NCBI GenBank assembly: GCA_048938105.1
Contig: JBHLMN010000022.1
Coordinates: forward strand, 1 to 64,000
Direction: 5' to 3'
DNA length: 64,000 bases
DNA from: Promethearchaeota archaeon
Lineage (GTDB): Archaea; Asgardarchaeota; Heimdallarchaeia; Hodarchaeales; Hodarchaeaceae
Shown: piece by piece, positions 21,546-31,933 of the stretch
Layout of the letters: the number at the start of each line of letters is the position of its first letter
How positions within the stretch are numbered: position 1 is the first letter of the stretch
Translations under genes and position numbers: made by a program
The notes under the pieces: model-generated
What the model was told of the DNA's origin: nothing
What the model saw: only the letters and a program-made list of their open reading frames with translations
Database searches by the model: none

Positions 21546-21697
21546 GAAGGGGGAAAACATAATCTATTTTTATTTTATTTGAGGATTTATTAACGTTAAG
21601 ATAGATTCCGGATTCTTTACAGCTTTTTAAAGGTTCAGGGCGGTACAGAAACATTCACAGGCTCTAACACGGGTCTTAAATACTTGAGAGAGCCATT

Positions 21698-22780
21698 TTA
21701 ACTTAGGAAGGTATAGATAATGGTGGCACTTGAATCGTTAAGCATATGTGCTGCAGAAATCACCCAAAGATTACGAGTACGGTACCAGACATAACCAGAT
21801 AGTAGTGCACTATACAAAACTAACATAATTGAAAATGAACCGAGAAATAATCCACCACCCAAGAGATGTGAGGGAATATGGCAAACAGTGAAAAGTAGCG
21901 AAGTTAACACAATCCCTCGTTGATTCCCATACCGTCGTTCCATAAATGTCTGGAATACTACTCGGAAAGAGATCTCTTCACCAAACCCAACGACAAGATA
22001 CATGTATAAAGTTTGAGTAAGGGGATATTCATCCCCACCAAGTAGAGTGGATCCAAGGCTGGGCCAAACTATTAATTGAAAGATAAAACTTGGAAGGACA
22101 AGAACTATTAGAATTGGAATTAATAAGACAAAATGAGTCCAACGACATCCTAGTTCTGAAGGCTTTACCCTATCATGAATGATTATCGCTGCGATATATC
22201 CAAAAATAATTACATAGCCAATATATGTCATTCCACCTGCTAAGCCTACAAACATAAACAGAAGAAGAAATATTTGCCATTTGTCTAAGCGTGAGAAGTA
22301 ATCACGAAATCGTTTAACTTGACCATCTGTTTGTAACAGCCATCCTTTCTTTAATCCGATTAAGAATACAACGATAGCGATAGGAAGCATCAATATTAAG
22401 AAGCCAAACTGAGCAATGGCAAAATAAATACCCCAAACAAATCCTACATGATATAAAATATAATTACGTTCATGCTGTGAGGTTTCACCTTGCCATAATG
22501 TACTCAATGAGGTTTCATCAATGGTAAAAGATCTAGTAATTATTTGAATAACAACCACTGGTATCAAGAGATACAGAATTGGGAATAAAATGATGAGAAC
22601 AACAATTATTTCAATGTTTGGAATAATAAAAAATAATAGTGGTAATGCAAGGAAAACAGGGCCAAAAAAAAGGATTAAAGCTGTCCAAAATACATGGTTA
22701 TTATCAAATAATGTTTTAATCCGATTTCTTAATAGTAATTGATTATTATCCTTCTGAGTAGTGTTTGTTAGATCGCTCAT
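21698..22780 (-). CDS. CPBP (Abi/Rce1-like) intramembrane glutamic protease
   Basis: EEISFR, FTVCH and HMLND motifs. Confidence 0.9.
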   Translation of the reverse strand: MSDLTNTTQKDNNQLLLRNRIKTLFDNNHVFWTALILFFGPVFLALPLLFFIIPNIEIIVVLIILFPILYLLIPVVVIQIITRSFTIDETSLSTLWQGETSQHERNYILYHVGFVWGIYFAIAQFGFLILMLPIAIVVFLIGLKKGWLLQTDGQVKRFRDYFSRLDKWQIFLLLFMFVGLAGGMTYIGYVIIFGYIAAIIIHDRVKPSELGCRWTHFVLLIPILIVLVLPSFIFQLIVWPSLGSTLLGGDEYPLTQTLYMYLVVGFGEEISFRVVFQTFMERRYGNQRGIVLTSLLFTVCHIPSHLLGGGLFLGSFSIMLVLYSALLSGYVWYRTRNLWVISAAHMLNDSSATIIYTFLS

Positions 22781-22962
22781 TCTTATTTAAACCTTTTTAT
22801 AGGCTTTTCACTTCCAAAAATAACATTTAGGTGCAAAGAACTAATAATATATCCATGAATTTTATGTAAATATAATTGTATTTTGGCACAAATTCTGAAG
22901 AGAGACGACGCTATATACTTTTGAAACAAAGATAAGTGATATTATTGAAGTAAATATCTAGA

Positions 22963-23017
22963 TAGAAGGCGAGAATATAGGGAACGAAGCATCGGTGATG
23001 TTGGTCATATGGAATGA
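22963..23017 (+). pseudogene. internal fragment paralogous to 26743-26797
   Basis: 50/55 identity, differences mostly synonymous (EGENIGNEASVMLVIWNE). Confidence 0.8.
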
Positions 23018-23264
23018 GTAACCCACCATCGTCACAGGAAGATATCATCTATTCAAGTTTGGGTTATTCTAAAATAATTTTAGAGCCTTTTGAAGGTGAA
23101 AATAAGACAAAACCTCTGATACTAAGAGAATTCAATAATATAAATGCAGTGAATAAAAAGCCTCTAAGTATGCTGATTCGCTTCAACGCACACAAATTTC
23201 TCATATGTATGTTGGTTCACAGAAAGATTGATTTTGAGATATAAAGAGATTTAATTCCTTAAAT

Positions 23265-23367
23265 AGATTATTTATCTACAAGTTGAATAAAATAATCTTG
23301 TTGCAATGAATATGTATACAAAATTGGGATATATACAATTATACTCCTATCACTATCGTATTAAGAG
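23265..23367 (+). pseudogene. copy of the GNAT gene 3' end (18069-18171) with an in-frame stop
   Basis: 96/103 identity; CAG changed to TAA. Confidence 0.9.
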
Positions 23368-23417
23368 TAAAATTAAAGAACAAGCTCTTAAAATTTCAGG
23401 CCAAAGGAAAGAGTAAG

Positions 23418-24923
23418 ATGAAGGGATTAAGACTATTTTACCAATTATTAGATCAAGGGAAATTGGAGGAGGCTTCTCGTGAAGCAGTAGCTTTACAAGG
23501 TGAGGATCGAGCCGAAGCTGAGTTAATTAATGCCCTATTCGTATTAAATACTGCAGGGCCTGAGTCAGTAATCCCCATAGTGGAGAGAATTCTCACAGAA
23601 AGTCAGGATAATCCACGTATCCACAGTCTCACCAGAATTATTAGGTCTTGGATGTTTTATTGGGAAGCGAAATATGAAGCAGCATCAGTAGAACTAGAAA
23701 TGGCTGAACAGCTACTAGCGAAAGTATCTGAGGACTGTAAAGAAGAAACTCGCCACATTAAAGCATTAGTGTTATTTATGAAAGGGGGTTACTTTTCCAT
23801 TGTGAGAAAAGAGGATAATTTAGCATTAGAGTGGTATAACAAAGCTTTACAGATAAGTTCTGAAGAGGGATTTCCCTTTAAAACCTTTGACACTTTCATT
23901 TACAATAATATAGGAGCCATTTATGGCAGAAAAGGAGACTGGCTTCGTGCAATTGAGTATAATCAAAAAATCTTGAATTTGTACCGAGGTCTCGGAAATG
24001 AAACAATGATACTGTTTCCTCTCTTACAGTTAGGGACTCTTTACCACATTCAGGGCGACCTAAATCACGCTATAAAATTAGTACAGGAAGGATTGACAAA
24101 GGCAAAAGAAATTCAAACAAAACGCGGTATAGCGTGGGCTCTGGAAATACTAGGTTCAATTCATTGGAGTAGGGGGGAATCACAGGTTGCCGTGGATTGT
24201 TACGAACAGAGTTTGGTGATCACTAAAGGAATCAAGCTGGTGGCAGGTGCGGAACTCTCCTACAAACTGTACAGATTATGTCAATTTTACCTGAACCTCC
24301 AAGAACTTGATCAGGCTCAAGACTATCTCGAACAGCTCCAAGAACAAAGTCAACTTGACCCCAGTGTTGACTCTCAAATCTACTATCAATTGGCTGAGTC
24401 TATGATTCTCAAAACTAGTAAACACTTTAAAGAGAAAGCACAAGCACAAGATCTCCTAAAAGAAATCTTGGAAAACCAAAAAACTAGTGAACGAATACGC
24501 TTTCTAGCTTTATTACAATTGTGTGATTTGTTAATACAAGAAGCTAAGTTGTCTGAGGATGATGGATTGTTTATAGAAGTTCGTGCTGCAACATCTCAAG
24601 TGCTTGAGCTCGTTGATACTTGGAAATTTATACCTGATATCATTAATACTTTGATCTTACAGGCTAAAGTCGATTTAATCGAGGGAAATGCCAACAAAGC
24701 TTCAAAAAAACTCGAAAAAGCTCTCCAAATCGCAGAAGAGAAAGATTTAGCTCATTTAGCTGATCAAGTAAGAATAGAACAGGCAAAATTGAAGAACGAA
24801 CTGAAAAAATGGAAAGAATTTGTGGACAGAAATGCCTCATTACAGGAACGTGTCGCTTTCGCAGAAATCGAGGAGTATCTTCACGAAGCAATCAACATAC
24901 GCGACCGTACACTTGATGAATAA
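23418..24923 (+). CDS. tetratricopeptide repeat protein (Asgard-type expanded family)
   Basis: TPR motifs (YNNIGAIY..KGD...A..Y.QK); C-terminal EL.KWK...RNA...ER shared with 34561-36354. Confidence 0.9.
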   Translation: MKGLRLFYQLLDQGKLEEASREAVALQGEDRAEAELINALFVLNTAGPESVIPIVERILTESQDNPRIHSLTRIIRSWMFYWEAKYEAASVELEMAEQLLAKVSEDCKEETRHIKALVLFMKGGYFSIVRKEDNLALEWYNKALQISSEEGFPFKTFDTFIYNNIGAIYGRKGDWLRAIEYNQKILNLYRGLGNETMILFPLLQLGTLYHIQGDLNHAIKLVQEGLTKAKEIQTKRGIAWALEILGSIHWSRGESQVAVDCYEQSLVITKGIKLVAGAELSYKLYRLCQFYLNLQELDQAQDYLEQLQEQSQLDPSVDSQIYYQLAESMILKTSKHFKEKAQAQDLLKEILENQKTSERIRFLALLQLCDLLIQEAKLSEDDGLFIEVRAATSQVLELVDTWKFIPDIINTLILQAKVDLIEGNANKASKKLEKALQIAEEKDLAHLADQVRIEQAKLKNELKKWKEFVDRNASLQERVAFAEIEEYLHEAINIRDRTLDE

Positions 24924-24953
24924 CTTTAAACTCTTCAAAGAGTGAGTAAACAT

Positions 24954-25025
24954 CATTAATCCAAGGAGGGGCCTAAAAAAATCATAATCACTCCTCCAAG
25001 GTATTGAAAAAGTGTTTATTTACTC
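24954..25025 (+). repeat. dispersed intergenic repeat family, copy with shortened spacer
   Basis: ccaaGGAGGGG (24965-71)-N19-CTCCTCC (24991-97)aaggtattg..gtgtttatttactc. Confidence 0.75.
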
Positions 25026-25471
25026 GCAAATTTATTTGATGCTCTATTTAACGTAATTTGCTTACGTAATTCACTTAGTCTTTTGTGATTCTCGTAGGGT
25101 TTGATGGCAATGAGATAATCAGCTTCAGGAATAGGTCTATTGAGTTCTTTTTCCTTTTCTTCAAGTATCACAAATCGAGATTGTAATTTATCGCAGGGAA
25201 ATTCATCGCAATAAGCACAATTAGGTAGTTGTTTCTTTACCACACAAGGACGAACAGGGCAGGCTTTATCCATCAAATCAGAAGTTTCTGTATCTGATGA
25301 AAGACATCCATCACAAGAGATTTGATCTGCAGGAATCCGAAATCCAAAATATTCATACCACTTGTCACTTAAAAGACGGGTTTGATCTTGCTCTTGGATA
25401 TTTTTCTTATATGCTTGGCAGAGATCACACCGAAAACCACAACACGATATCTCTGGATTCATCTTAATCAC
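25016..25471 (-). CDS. DUF3795-type Cys-rich (CGxxCxxC) protein
   Basis: CCGFRCDLC, CDGC, CPVRPC, CAYCDEFPC. Confidence 0.85.
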   Translation of the reverse strand: MIKMNPEISCCGFRCDLCQAYKKNIQEQDQTRLLSDKWYEYFGFRIPADQISCDGCLSSDTETSDLMDKACPVRPCVVKKQLPNCAYCDEFPCDKLQSRFVILEEKEKELNRPIPEADYLIAIKPYENHKRLSELRKQITLNRASNKFASK

Positions 25472-25668
25472 AAGAAAGGACTTCTACCTATAACTGATTG
25501 ATACTTGTTAAAATATATATAATTATAAAAATCATTAGGTCACAATCACTGTCTCATCTTAGGTTAATAATAACTATGATAAGCCTAAGGATATCTTAAA
25601 CAAATAAGGACAGACCCAAACCAAAGAACAATAGACCTCTTAAAGCAAAAACAAGTGCTTCAAGACCT

Positions 25669-26271
25669 TCATTTGTTGCCTGCATAAACAGAGTCAAAAT
25701 GAGGATGATAATCATTAGGATCTCTTTTAGCAAGGATCAGGGAAAGAAACACCTCATCAATGTTTAGTTTTGTTTTGGCTGAACAGAAAAAATATCCAAT
25801 CTTGAGAAAGTGTTTAGCTATCACATCTTTGTGGAGATGCTCAATTAATGAATCAATTTTGTCCTTTTGAACAGAAGTTAGGTGTTCCTCTAAATCAGCT
25901 TTATTTCCGATGATCTGTAACACAACTGGCTTGGTACAGTGTACAATAATCTCTTTAATCCAAGCAATGATGTTCTGAAACGTTCCTTCTCGGGTTAAAT
26001 CGAACACTAACAATATTCCATCAACATCTCGAATGTATTGTTTTCTAACATGTTTAACCGAAGGATGACCTGAGACATCCCATAGCTGTAATTGAATGGT
26101 CTCTCCTTCAATTTCAACTTCTTTGAGAGTGAAATCAATTCCCATAGTCATCATATAATGGGAATGGAAGGGGATGCCAAAGAAACTTTGTTTTATTGAG
26201 GTTTTCCCTACTCCTTGGTCTCCTAATAAGCAAATTTTGTAGGAACGCAGATAGATCATTCCTCTAATCAA
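25669..26271 (-). CDS. Rab-like small GTPase (eukaryotic signature protein)
   Basis: G1 GDQGVGKT, switch I TMGIDF, G3 LWDVSG, G4 NKAD, G5 CSAK. Confidence 0.92.
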   Translation of the reverse strand: MIRGMIYLRSYKICLLGDQGVGKTSIKQSFFGIPFHSHYMMTMGIDFTLKEVEIEGETIQLQLWDVSGHPSVKHVRKQYIRDVDGILLVFDLTREGTFQNIIAWIKEIIVHCTKPVVLQIIGNKADLEEHLTSVQKDKIDSLIEHLHKDVIAKHFLKIGYFFCSAKTKLNIDEVFLSLILAKRDPNDYHPHFDSVYAGNK

Positions 26272-26606
26272 TCTTCTTGTAATGAAAGGAATTCTTATTT
26301 CTTAGTGCTGTCGTTAAAGTGTTTCATGATTAATACACAAGTTCAATCAAGATCTGAAGACCTTAATAAAGAGAGAACAATCAAAAAATAGCAATTTTAC
26401 TGAGATATTTTTCATATTTATCTAAAACTTAAGACATAATTTTCCTTATGAGTTTAACAAACTAAAAGAGTCTACATTTTTTTGCATCACTGGTTACATT
26501 AATATTATTCATAAAGTTGAACAAAATAATAAGGAATTAGATATTAGTAGCTATATTTAATTATTATAATCTCTTATAAATAATAGTGTGACTAAAGAGG
26601 GGTAAT

Positions 26607-27263
26607 ATGCGCAAATCACCGTTTATTAACTTCTTAATGCTTTTTTTGATGTTTAGTTCAACCCAAACTCCAGTACTAGCTATTGAGACATTGCTATACA
26701 AAATAAATATTGGGGATGTTTTTGAATGGAAATTTACTCTGTTAGAAGGTGAGAATATAAGGAATGAAGCATCAGTGATGTTAGTCATATGGAATGAAAA
26801 ACAATCTTCGTCTAAAATTCATGGGAATACAACGACTTGTATGGATTATATTATTCCTCATGGTCTTTATCTAGGAGAAACTCTAACTATCAACATTACT
26901 ACTATCCCAAATACTTCTATGTCAGACACATTTCCCTGTTGTAATGGTGACTTTCCAAGAGGCTTATTCAGAACACCACGTTATGAGGATGTTCGATGGG
27001 TCTCTCCTTATATCAATCAATTTCCTTTTATCATTCCCCAAGAACCAGATATTAGTAATAATTATCCAAATTGTCTTTTTGATCAAAAAGGGATCCTAGT
27101 GAAAGCTAATTTGACGATAAGACGGGGAAATGCTTCAGCTAATGCATGGATAAAATTAGTAACACCCAAGTCATCATTGGGGTGGGTAACAATGCCCGTC
27201 TTCTTTTCTCTGATTGTCATGGCTGTTATCTTTTCTTGGCGACGTTCAAGATGGAAGAAATGA
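26607..27263 (+). CDS. secreted protein with C-terminal TM anchor
   Basis: signal peptide; SLGW + hydrophobic helix + RRSRWKK. Confidence 0.8.
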   Translation: MRKSPFINFLMLFLMFSSTQTPVLAIETLLYKINIGDVFEWKFTLLEGENIRNEASVMLVIWNEKQSSSKIHGNTTTCMDYIIPHGLYLGETLTINITTIPNTSMSDTFPCCNGDFPRGLFRTPRYEDVRWVSPYINQFPFIIPQEPDISNNYPNCLFDQKGILVKANLTIRRGNASANAWIKLVTPKSSLGWVTMPVFFSLIVMAVIFSWRRSRWKK

Positions 27264-27348
27264 TTCTTTTACTATATTCACATCTAGCGATCTAAATTTT
27301 CTCAACCTTGAATAATCTCAGATCTTTTTTGAAGAAAACCCACTATAA

Positions 27349-29229
27349 TTATTCATACTTTTTAATAAGTATAATAGATATTATTAAAGCTGCAATTATT
27401 AGAATAAAAAGTATCAATCCACCAATAACATTAGCAGGAATGTTAAAACCACCACTAATATCAGATGGGGGATTATCGATCGTGAAGGTGCCATTAGAAA
27501 ATGTTTCGATCCAAATCCCTTCAGCACAACTAGCATTAACTTTGATTAAATAATTACCGTTATCCACAGTGGTAGTATCCCAGATATAGGAGGTAGGTGA
27601 TAAACTGGACTCCAAGACAACCCATAAAACCCCGCCATCAAACGAATAAAAGACTGTATAGGTGATTGAATGGCCCCAAGAATCAATCGCTGCAGTCCAT
27701 TCAATTGTGATAGTACCATTAACTGTTAACCCACTATACGGGTACAACACCTTCAATCCGAACATAAAGTGAACTTGAGAAACAAAAGGATAAAGATCTT
27801 GGTTGGTTGCATCACCCTCAATAGAATATGGGCTATCTACAATACCATCAGCATTTCCGTCAGGACTTGTCCACTCACTCCAGTAATTGTATTTGAATAT
27901 ATTATTAATCCCATCATCAAACGCTTGAGACCCTTCATTTACTTGTAAATCACCATTATTGTTACCAGAAAAGGCGTTGAGCAACACTCTATTATTCTCA
28001 GAGTTGTTATTAAGGACTAGTCCCCAATAGCTGTTGTTAGAGATAGTATTGCCAGATAATATGGAATCATCCGTTTTTTCGAGGTAAATACCGAAGACTT
28101 CATTATCAGTAACAAAATTGTCGGAAAAAGTATTATTTTGGGAGTAATAAATGGAGACTCCATTCCAACAGTTTTTAGTGATGTAATTGTCGTGAATAAA
28201 TAAGTTGGAGCAAAATGCTCCTTCAAGTCCAACCAAGTCCTGACCTGTAACTTCTATAGAAACGCAATTGACAAGATTGACTTGACCTGCACCATGAGGT
28301 ACAATTCCACTAGTGATATTTTGCCAAAATACCAAAGGTCTTCCATTAATAGAATTATTTGTCACAACACCTTGGAGAAATTCCTTTAGTTGATCACCCC
28401 AGACATGTAACTCATTATTTATGAGAATGTTATCCAAAATTCTATTCTTTCCAGAAGAAGTAAGAAGCATTCCTAATATACTATTCTTAGCAAGAATATT
28501 GGCAGTTAGGGTATTATTCTCTGAAAAGAAAAGGACGACTCCGATAAAGTGGTTATTAGTAATAATATTTTTGGAAAGGATGTTGTCCTCAGAATTCTCT
28601 AAGTAAATTCCTGTACCTCTGTTATACGAGATAGTATTCTCAATCAGGCTGTTATTATCGGAGGAACGAATGATAATTCCGTTTTGAACTATTAATTCTC
28701 CACTGTTATTCATGATAATATTCTTAGCGAGTATGTTATTGGTAGATTGATAAAGGGAAATTCCATCATCGCTATTGTTGGAGAGAATATTGTTTAACAC
28801 GTGTCCATTTGTAACATTAGAAAATTTAATCCCAACACGTCCTTGGGTCAATAAACAGGAACTGATTCGAAAATGTACATCACTATCTTTAATCACTAGC
28901 AAGTCATTGTTAAACGTGCCTGTTATATTCAGTCCATTAATAATAATTGGAGATAAATGAGTACCAGTACCAGACCAATCATTTTCTTCAGCTTGAGCCA
29001 TAAAATCATCATTTCCAATGATCATGATAGGTGAATGGTTTTCATATTGGACTGAGATTTGCGAAGGAATTTGGCTAATAGACTGGGTCTTTACTCCCGC
29101 CATGTCAAGGTTCAAAATACTATTAGCTGGGTTAATTGACCAATAGTGAATTAGCGGACATATAAAGACAAGATTGGTGAGACAGAGTGCACTAATCAGT
29201 ACCAAATTAGATTTTATGACTCTTCCCAT
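27349..29229 (-). CDS. NosD/beta-helix surface protein with Ig-like domain and TM anchor
   Basis: beta-helix repeats, NSINGRPLVFW insert, NYWSEW.SPD..DGIVD.PY, PANVIGGL anchor. Confidence 0.9.
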   Translation of the reverse strand: MGRVIKSNLVLISALCLTNLVFICPLIHYWSINPANSILNLDMAGVKTQSISQIPSQISVQYENHSPIMIIGNDDFMAQAEENDWSGTGTHLSPIIINGLNITGTFNNDLLVIKDSDVHFRISSCLLTQGRVGIKFSNVTNGHVLNNILSNNSDDGISLYQSTNNILAKNIIMNNSGELIVQNGIIIRSSDNNSLIENTISYNRGTGIYLENSEDNILSKNIITNNHFIGVVLFFSENNTLTANILAKNSILGMLLTSSGKNRILDNILINNELHVWGDQLKEFLQGVVTNNSINGRPLVFWQNITSGIVPHGAGQVNLVNCVSIEVTGQDLVGLEGAFCSNLFIHDNYITKNCWNGVSIYYSQNNTFSDNFVTDNEVFGIYLEKTDDSILSGNTISNNSYWGLVLNNNSENNRVLLNAFSGNNNGDLQVNEGSQAFDDGINNIFKYNYWSEWTSPDGNADGIVDSPYSIEGDATNQDLYPFVSQVHFMFGLKVLYPYSGLTVNGTITIEWTAAIDSWGHSITYTVFYSFDGGVLWVVLESSLSPTSYIWDTTTVDNGNYLIKVNASCAEGIWIETFSNGTFTIDNPPSDISGGFNIPANVIGGLILFILIIAALIISIILIKKYE

Positions 29230-29264
29230 TCTCTTTTCCTATAAATATATTTTAAGATTAGGCC

Positions 29265-29280
29265 AATATAAAGATTCACT
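29265..29280 (-). promoter_or_regulatory. putative BRE/TATA promoter (AGTGAATCTTTATATT on minus strand)
   Basis: identical 16-mer at 56091-56106; similar motif at 3672. Confidence 0.7.
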
Positions 29281-29428
29281 GAATTTACTGTATTTCTGTA
29301 TTTTTTCAGATTTCCTACTAAGGAGCTTGATATAAGCAGTGTCAGATATTTAGTCAATGGAGACAATAGTAATCCCCAAGGAGAGTTATTCTCGAATCCT
29401 CTTCTCACACCATATATTTGACAATATT

Positions 29429-31795
29429 TCATTTCTTTCTAATAAATGAGAATTTTTGAAATATGTCAATGTCCTTATCATGTAGCTTGTTTAACATTCT
29501 AAGAATAAGTTCAGATAAGAGTAAGGAAATGATAGATGCAATAAGAAAAGGACTTAGAAAGTACAAATCCCACAAATCAAATCCCATTATTTGCGGGGGA
29601 CTGGGTTCTTCAATACCAATAGCAGGAAATGAATAGAAGACAAATAGGACAACAAAAAGAATGGGCCATATAAGTATGGATATAATATCGAGAATAATTT
29701 CCACTTCAAGTGTTACCCAGTCTGCTTTTCCTACAGTATCATTCTGGAGAAGCTGTTTTAGGAGAAGGTGTCTTAGGACGACTGAAAAAAAGCCAGAAAG
29801 AAAGTACCACAAAATCACCCCTTCCCGAGATATAAATGTTGAAAACCGTTTCTGTGTGATTTGAAGGCTGATGATAGATACTAAAATGATGAATGGTAAC
29901 ACTATATAGAAAATAAAGAAATTGTGAAGTGCTTTGATTTTATTAGGATCAAGTGGAGGGAAATACCACATCTCTCGGGGGTCTTTGGCGTTCATACCAA
30001 AGATGGGATTCATATGATTGATACCGAGTTCTTGGTATCTCCACTCGTATCCTTGGAAAATCTTTCCCCAGGTGGAAGCATTGATATAATCTACATAAGA
30101 CTGGATAACCATCTGACTATCAATAATATCATAAGTGCCATCTTGGAGACCTGCAACTGCAAGGATAGGCTCTTTCACTACTTTGAAAGTAATTGTCTTA
30201 AGAGTAGGCTTAGGTAACCAATTACCTCCACCAACCATGTTCGGATTATGACCCATTTTCGTTTCGTCGTAATATGGATTTGCCTTGATAATTATGGTAT
30301 TATTGTATGGATATGAGTCAAACACATAAGCTCCACAGCCTATGGGAGTACAGTTAATGTTAGTATCATCAAGCATCCATTCTGAAAAAGGTACTTGAAT
30401 CATTTGATCCTTTTGCAATATAGGTGGGTTACCAAATAAGACTGTTTCTACATATGGGTAGAATTGTGGTAACGTGAAGCTGACTTCATATTTACCTATT
30501 TTTTCAACTGCACTGATATTTCCAAGTATATTTTGTAGTGTTTCCCTGTAAGGAGAACCAGTGCTTTCGTTCATTGCAGCTTGATAGCTAAATACTATAT
30601 CATCAGCGGTCACCTCTGTCCCATCTTCCCATAAAATTCCTTGACGGAGTGTGACATCCCATACTAAATAGTTAGCATTATGGATCCATGATTCTGCTAG
30701 CCATGGTACTACATGACTAAGATTATAATCTCCCCGTCTCCTGGAGAGGCGACAGAATAAGTTGTCAAGGATGATAGAGCCAGAGTAGCTGTTGGATAGC
30801 AGTGGATTAAGGTCAGTATAGTCCTCTGGTTGAGCGATGACTGCTGATGTTTTAGTTCCTATAGTCAAATTGGCAAGATTTTGCTTTATACCATGAAACA
30901 TGTCAAAACCGTGTAATTCACTGTTTGTTCCAAAGACCAGCATTTCTTGTGGAAGAATGATTGTCGGTACTTGGTCATAGCACCATTGTTGATACTCTTT
31001 CAACATTGTAGTACGTTTATCAGGATCCAGTTCTGTATAAATGTCAGCCCATAAGGTAGTAACATTAGGATATGCTTTATCAGTCCACTTACCAGAAGTG
31101 GGGGCACCATCTTCGATCCAATAACAATTAGCTGATGGAGGAAAGCAATTTTTGTCGTAATATTCTTTGAAAGTCGGGTCAGGGGATGTATCAAAACTGT
31201 AGTAGAACATGTCATATCCACCATGTTCAGAATCGTAGCCAATATCCTCGGGGTCAAGGAAAATACGAGTCATCATGGAATCCTTAGTCCACCATTCTAT
31301 TTTGACCTCGATTCCTATCTTTGCAAGTGCATTAACGATCAACGATGTATATTGGGTGATTTTACTATTGGTAGCTGGGACAATTAGTGTTACATCGAAG
31401 TAAGGCGCTGATGTGTGGGTTGTATTGGTGCCATCACAGTCTTTGTCATATATTAGTTCAAACACATCCGCTAAAAGGGCGGCAGCCATTGAAGTGTTGT
31501 ACTCTCTAGTTGTAATAGAGTTCTCATATATACCCTTGAAGTTCACCCCAATGGGAGAAGTAACAGCAGCAGCATATCCGTGATGCAATCCTTCAATAAT
31601 CGTCTCACGGGGGATACAATAATCGATTGTTTGTCGGATTTTTTGACGATCTTCGTCATCCAGGTTATCATAGTACCATTCTCGACCACGACCTACCCAA
31701 TATGCTTTTTGAGATGTAACTGGAACGAGCACGAATAAACAGAGAAGATTCAATGTTAAAAGAGTTAGAAGCAGTAATGCACTTCCTTTTTGCAT
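29429..31795 (-). CDS. circularly permuted family-5 ABC solute-binding protein fused to a C-terminal 4-TM module
   Basis: paralogue of 1154-3121; LAESW..WDVTLRQGILWEDGTEVTADDIVFS; extra hydrophobic C-terminus. Confidence 0.9.
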   Translation of the reverse strand: MQKGSALLLLTLLTLNLLCLFVLVPVTSQKAYWVGRGREWYYDNLDDEDRQKIRQTIDYCIPRETIIEGLHHGYAAAVTSPIGVNFKGIYENSITTREYNTSMAAALLADVFELIYDKDCDGTNTTHTSAPYFDVTLIVPATNSKITQYTSLIVNALAKIGIEVKIEWWTKDSMMTRIFLDPEDIGYDSEHGGYDMFYYSFDTSPDPTFKEYYDKNCFPPSANCYWIEDGAPTSGKWTDKAYPNVTTLWADIYTELDPDKRTTMLKEYQQWCYDQVPTIILPQEMLVFGTNSELHGFDMFHGIKQNLANLTIGTKTSAVIAQPEDYTDLNPLLSNSYSGSIILDNLFCRLSRRRGDYNLSHVVPWLAESWIHNANYLVWDVTLRQGILWEDGTEVTADDIVFSYQAAMNESTGSPYRETLQNILGNISAVEKIGKYEVSFTLPQFYPYVETVLFGNPPILQKDQMIQVPFSEWMLDDTNINCTPIGCGAYVFDSYPYNNTIIIKANPYYDETKMGHNPNMVGGGNWLPKPTLKTITFKVVKEPILAVAGLQDGTYDIIDSQMVIQSYVDYINASTWGKIFQGYEWRYQELGINHMNPIFGMNAKDPREMWYFPPLDPNKIKALHNFFIFYIVLPFIILVSIISLQITQKRFSTFISREGVILWYFLSGFFSVVLRHLLLKQLLQNDTVGKADWVTLEVEIILDIISILIWPILFVVLFVFYSFPAIGIEEPSPPQIMGFDLWDLYFLSPFLIASIISLLLSELILRMLNKLHDKDIDIFQKFSFIRKK

Positions 31796-31933
31796 TTCTC
31801 TTTCCCAGAAGCTACTGCATTTGACCTATATGTAGACTAGTGCACCTAGGTTTTAAAAGACTTGTTTCTACATTTTAGAATTTTTCAAGAAAAAAGGATC
31901 GTCTGAAAGCTTAAGCGTAAAAATAAAAAAATT

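Noticed and set aside
18069-23367. GNAT 3' end and its copy as a DGR variable/template repeat pair
   Set aside because: Mismatches are mixed transitions (C/T and G/A in both directions), not adenine-specific, and there is no reverse transcriptase in the window.
24988-25000. Right arm (reverse complement GGAGGAGTGA) as merely a Shine-Dalgarno site
   Set aside because: It occurs between convergent gene ends (24923/25016 and 36354/36559) where no minus-strand gene starts, and homology extends far beyond it.
9689-26271. ICMT-like + CPBP/Rce1-like + Rab-like genes as a proto-CAAX prenylation pathway
   Set aside because: The genes are not adjacent, both enzyme families are widespread in prokaryotes, the GTPase lacks a C-terminal cysteine, and no prenyltransferase is present.
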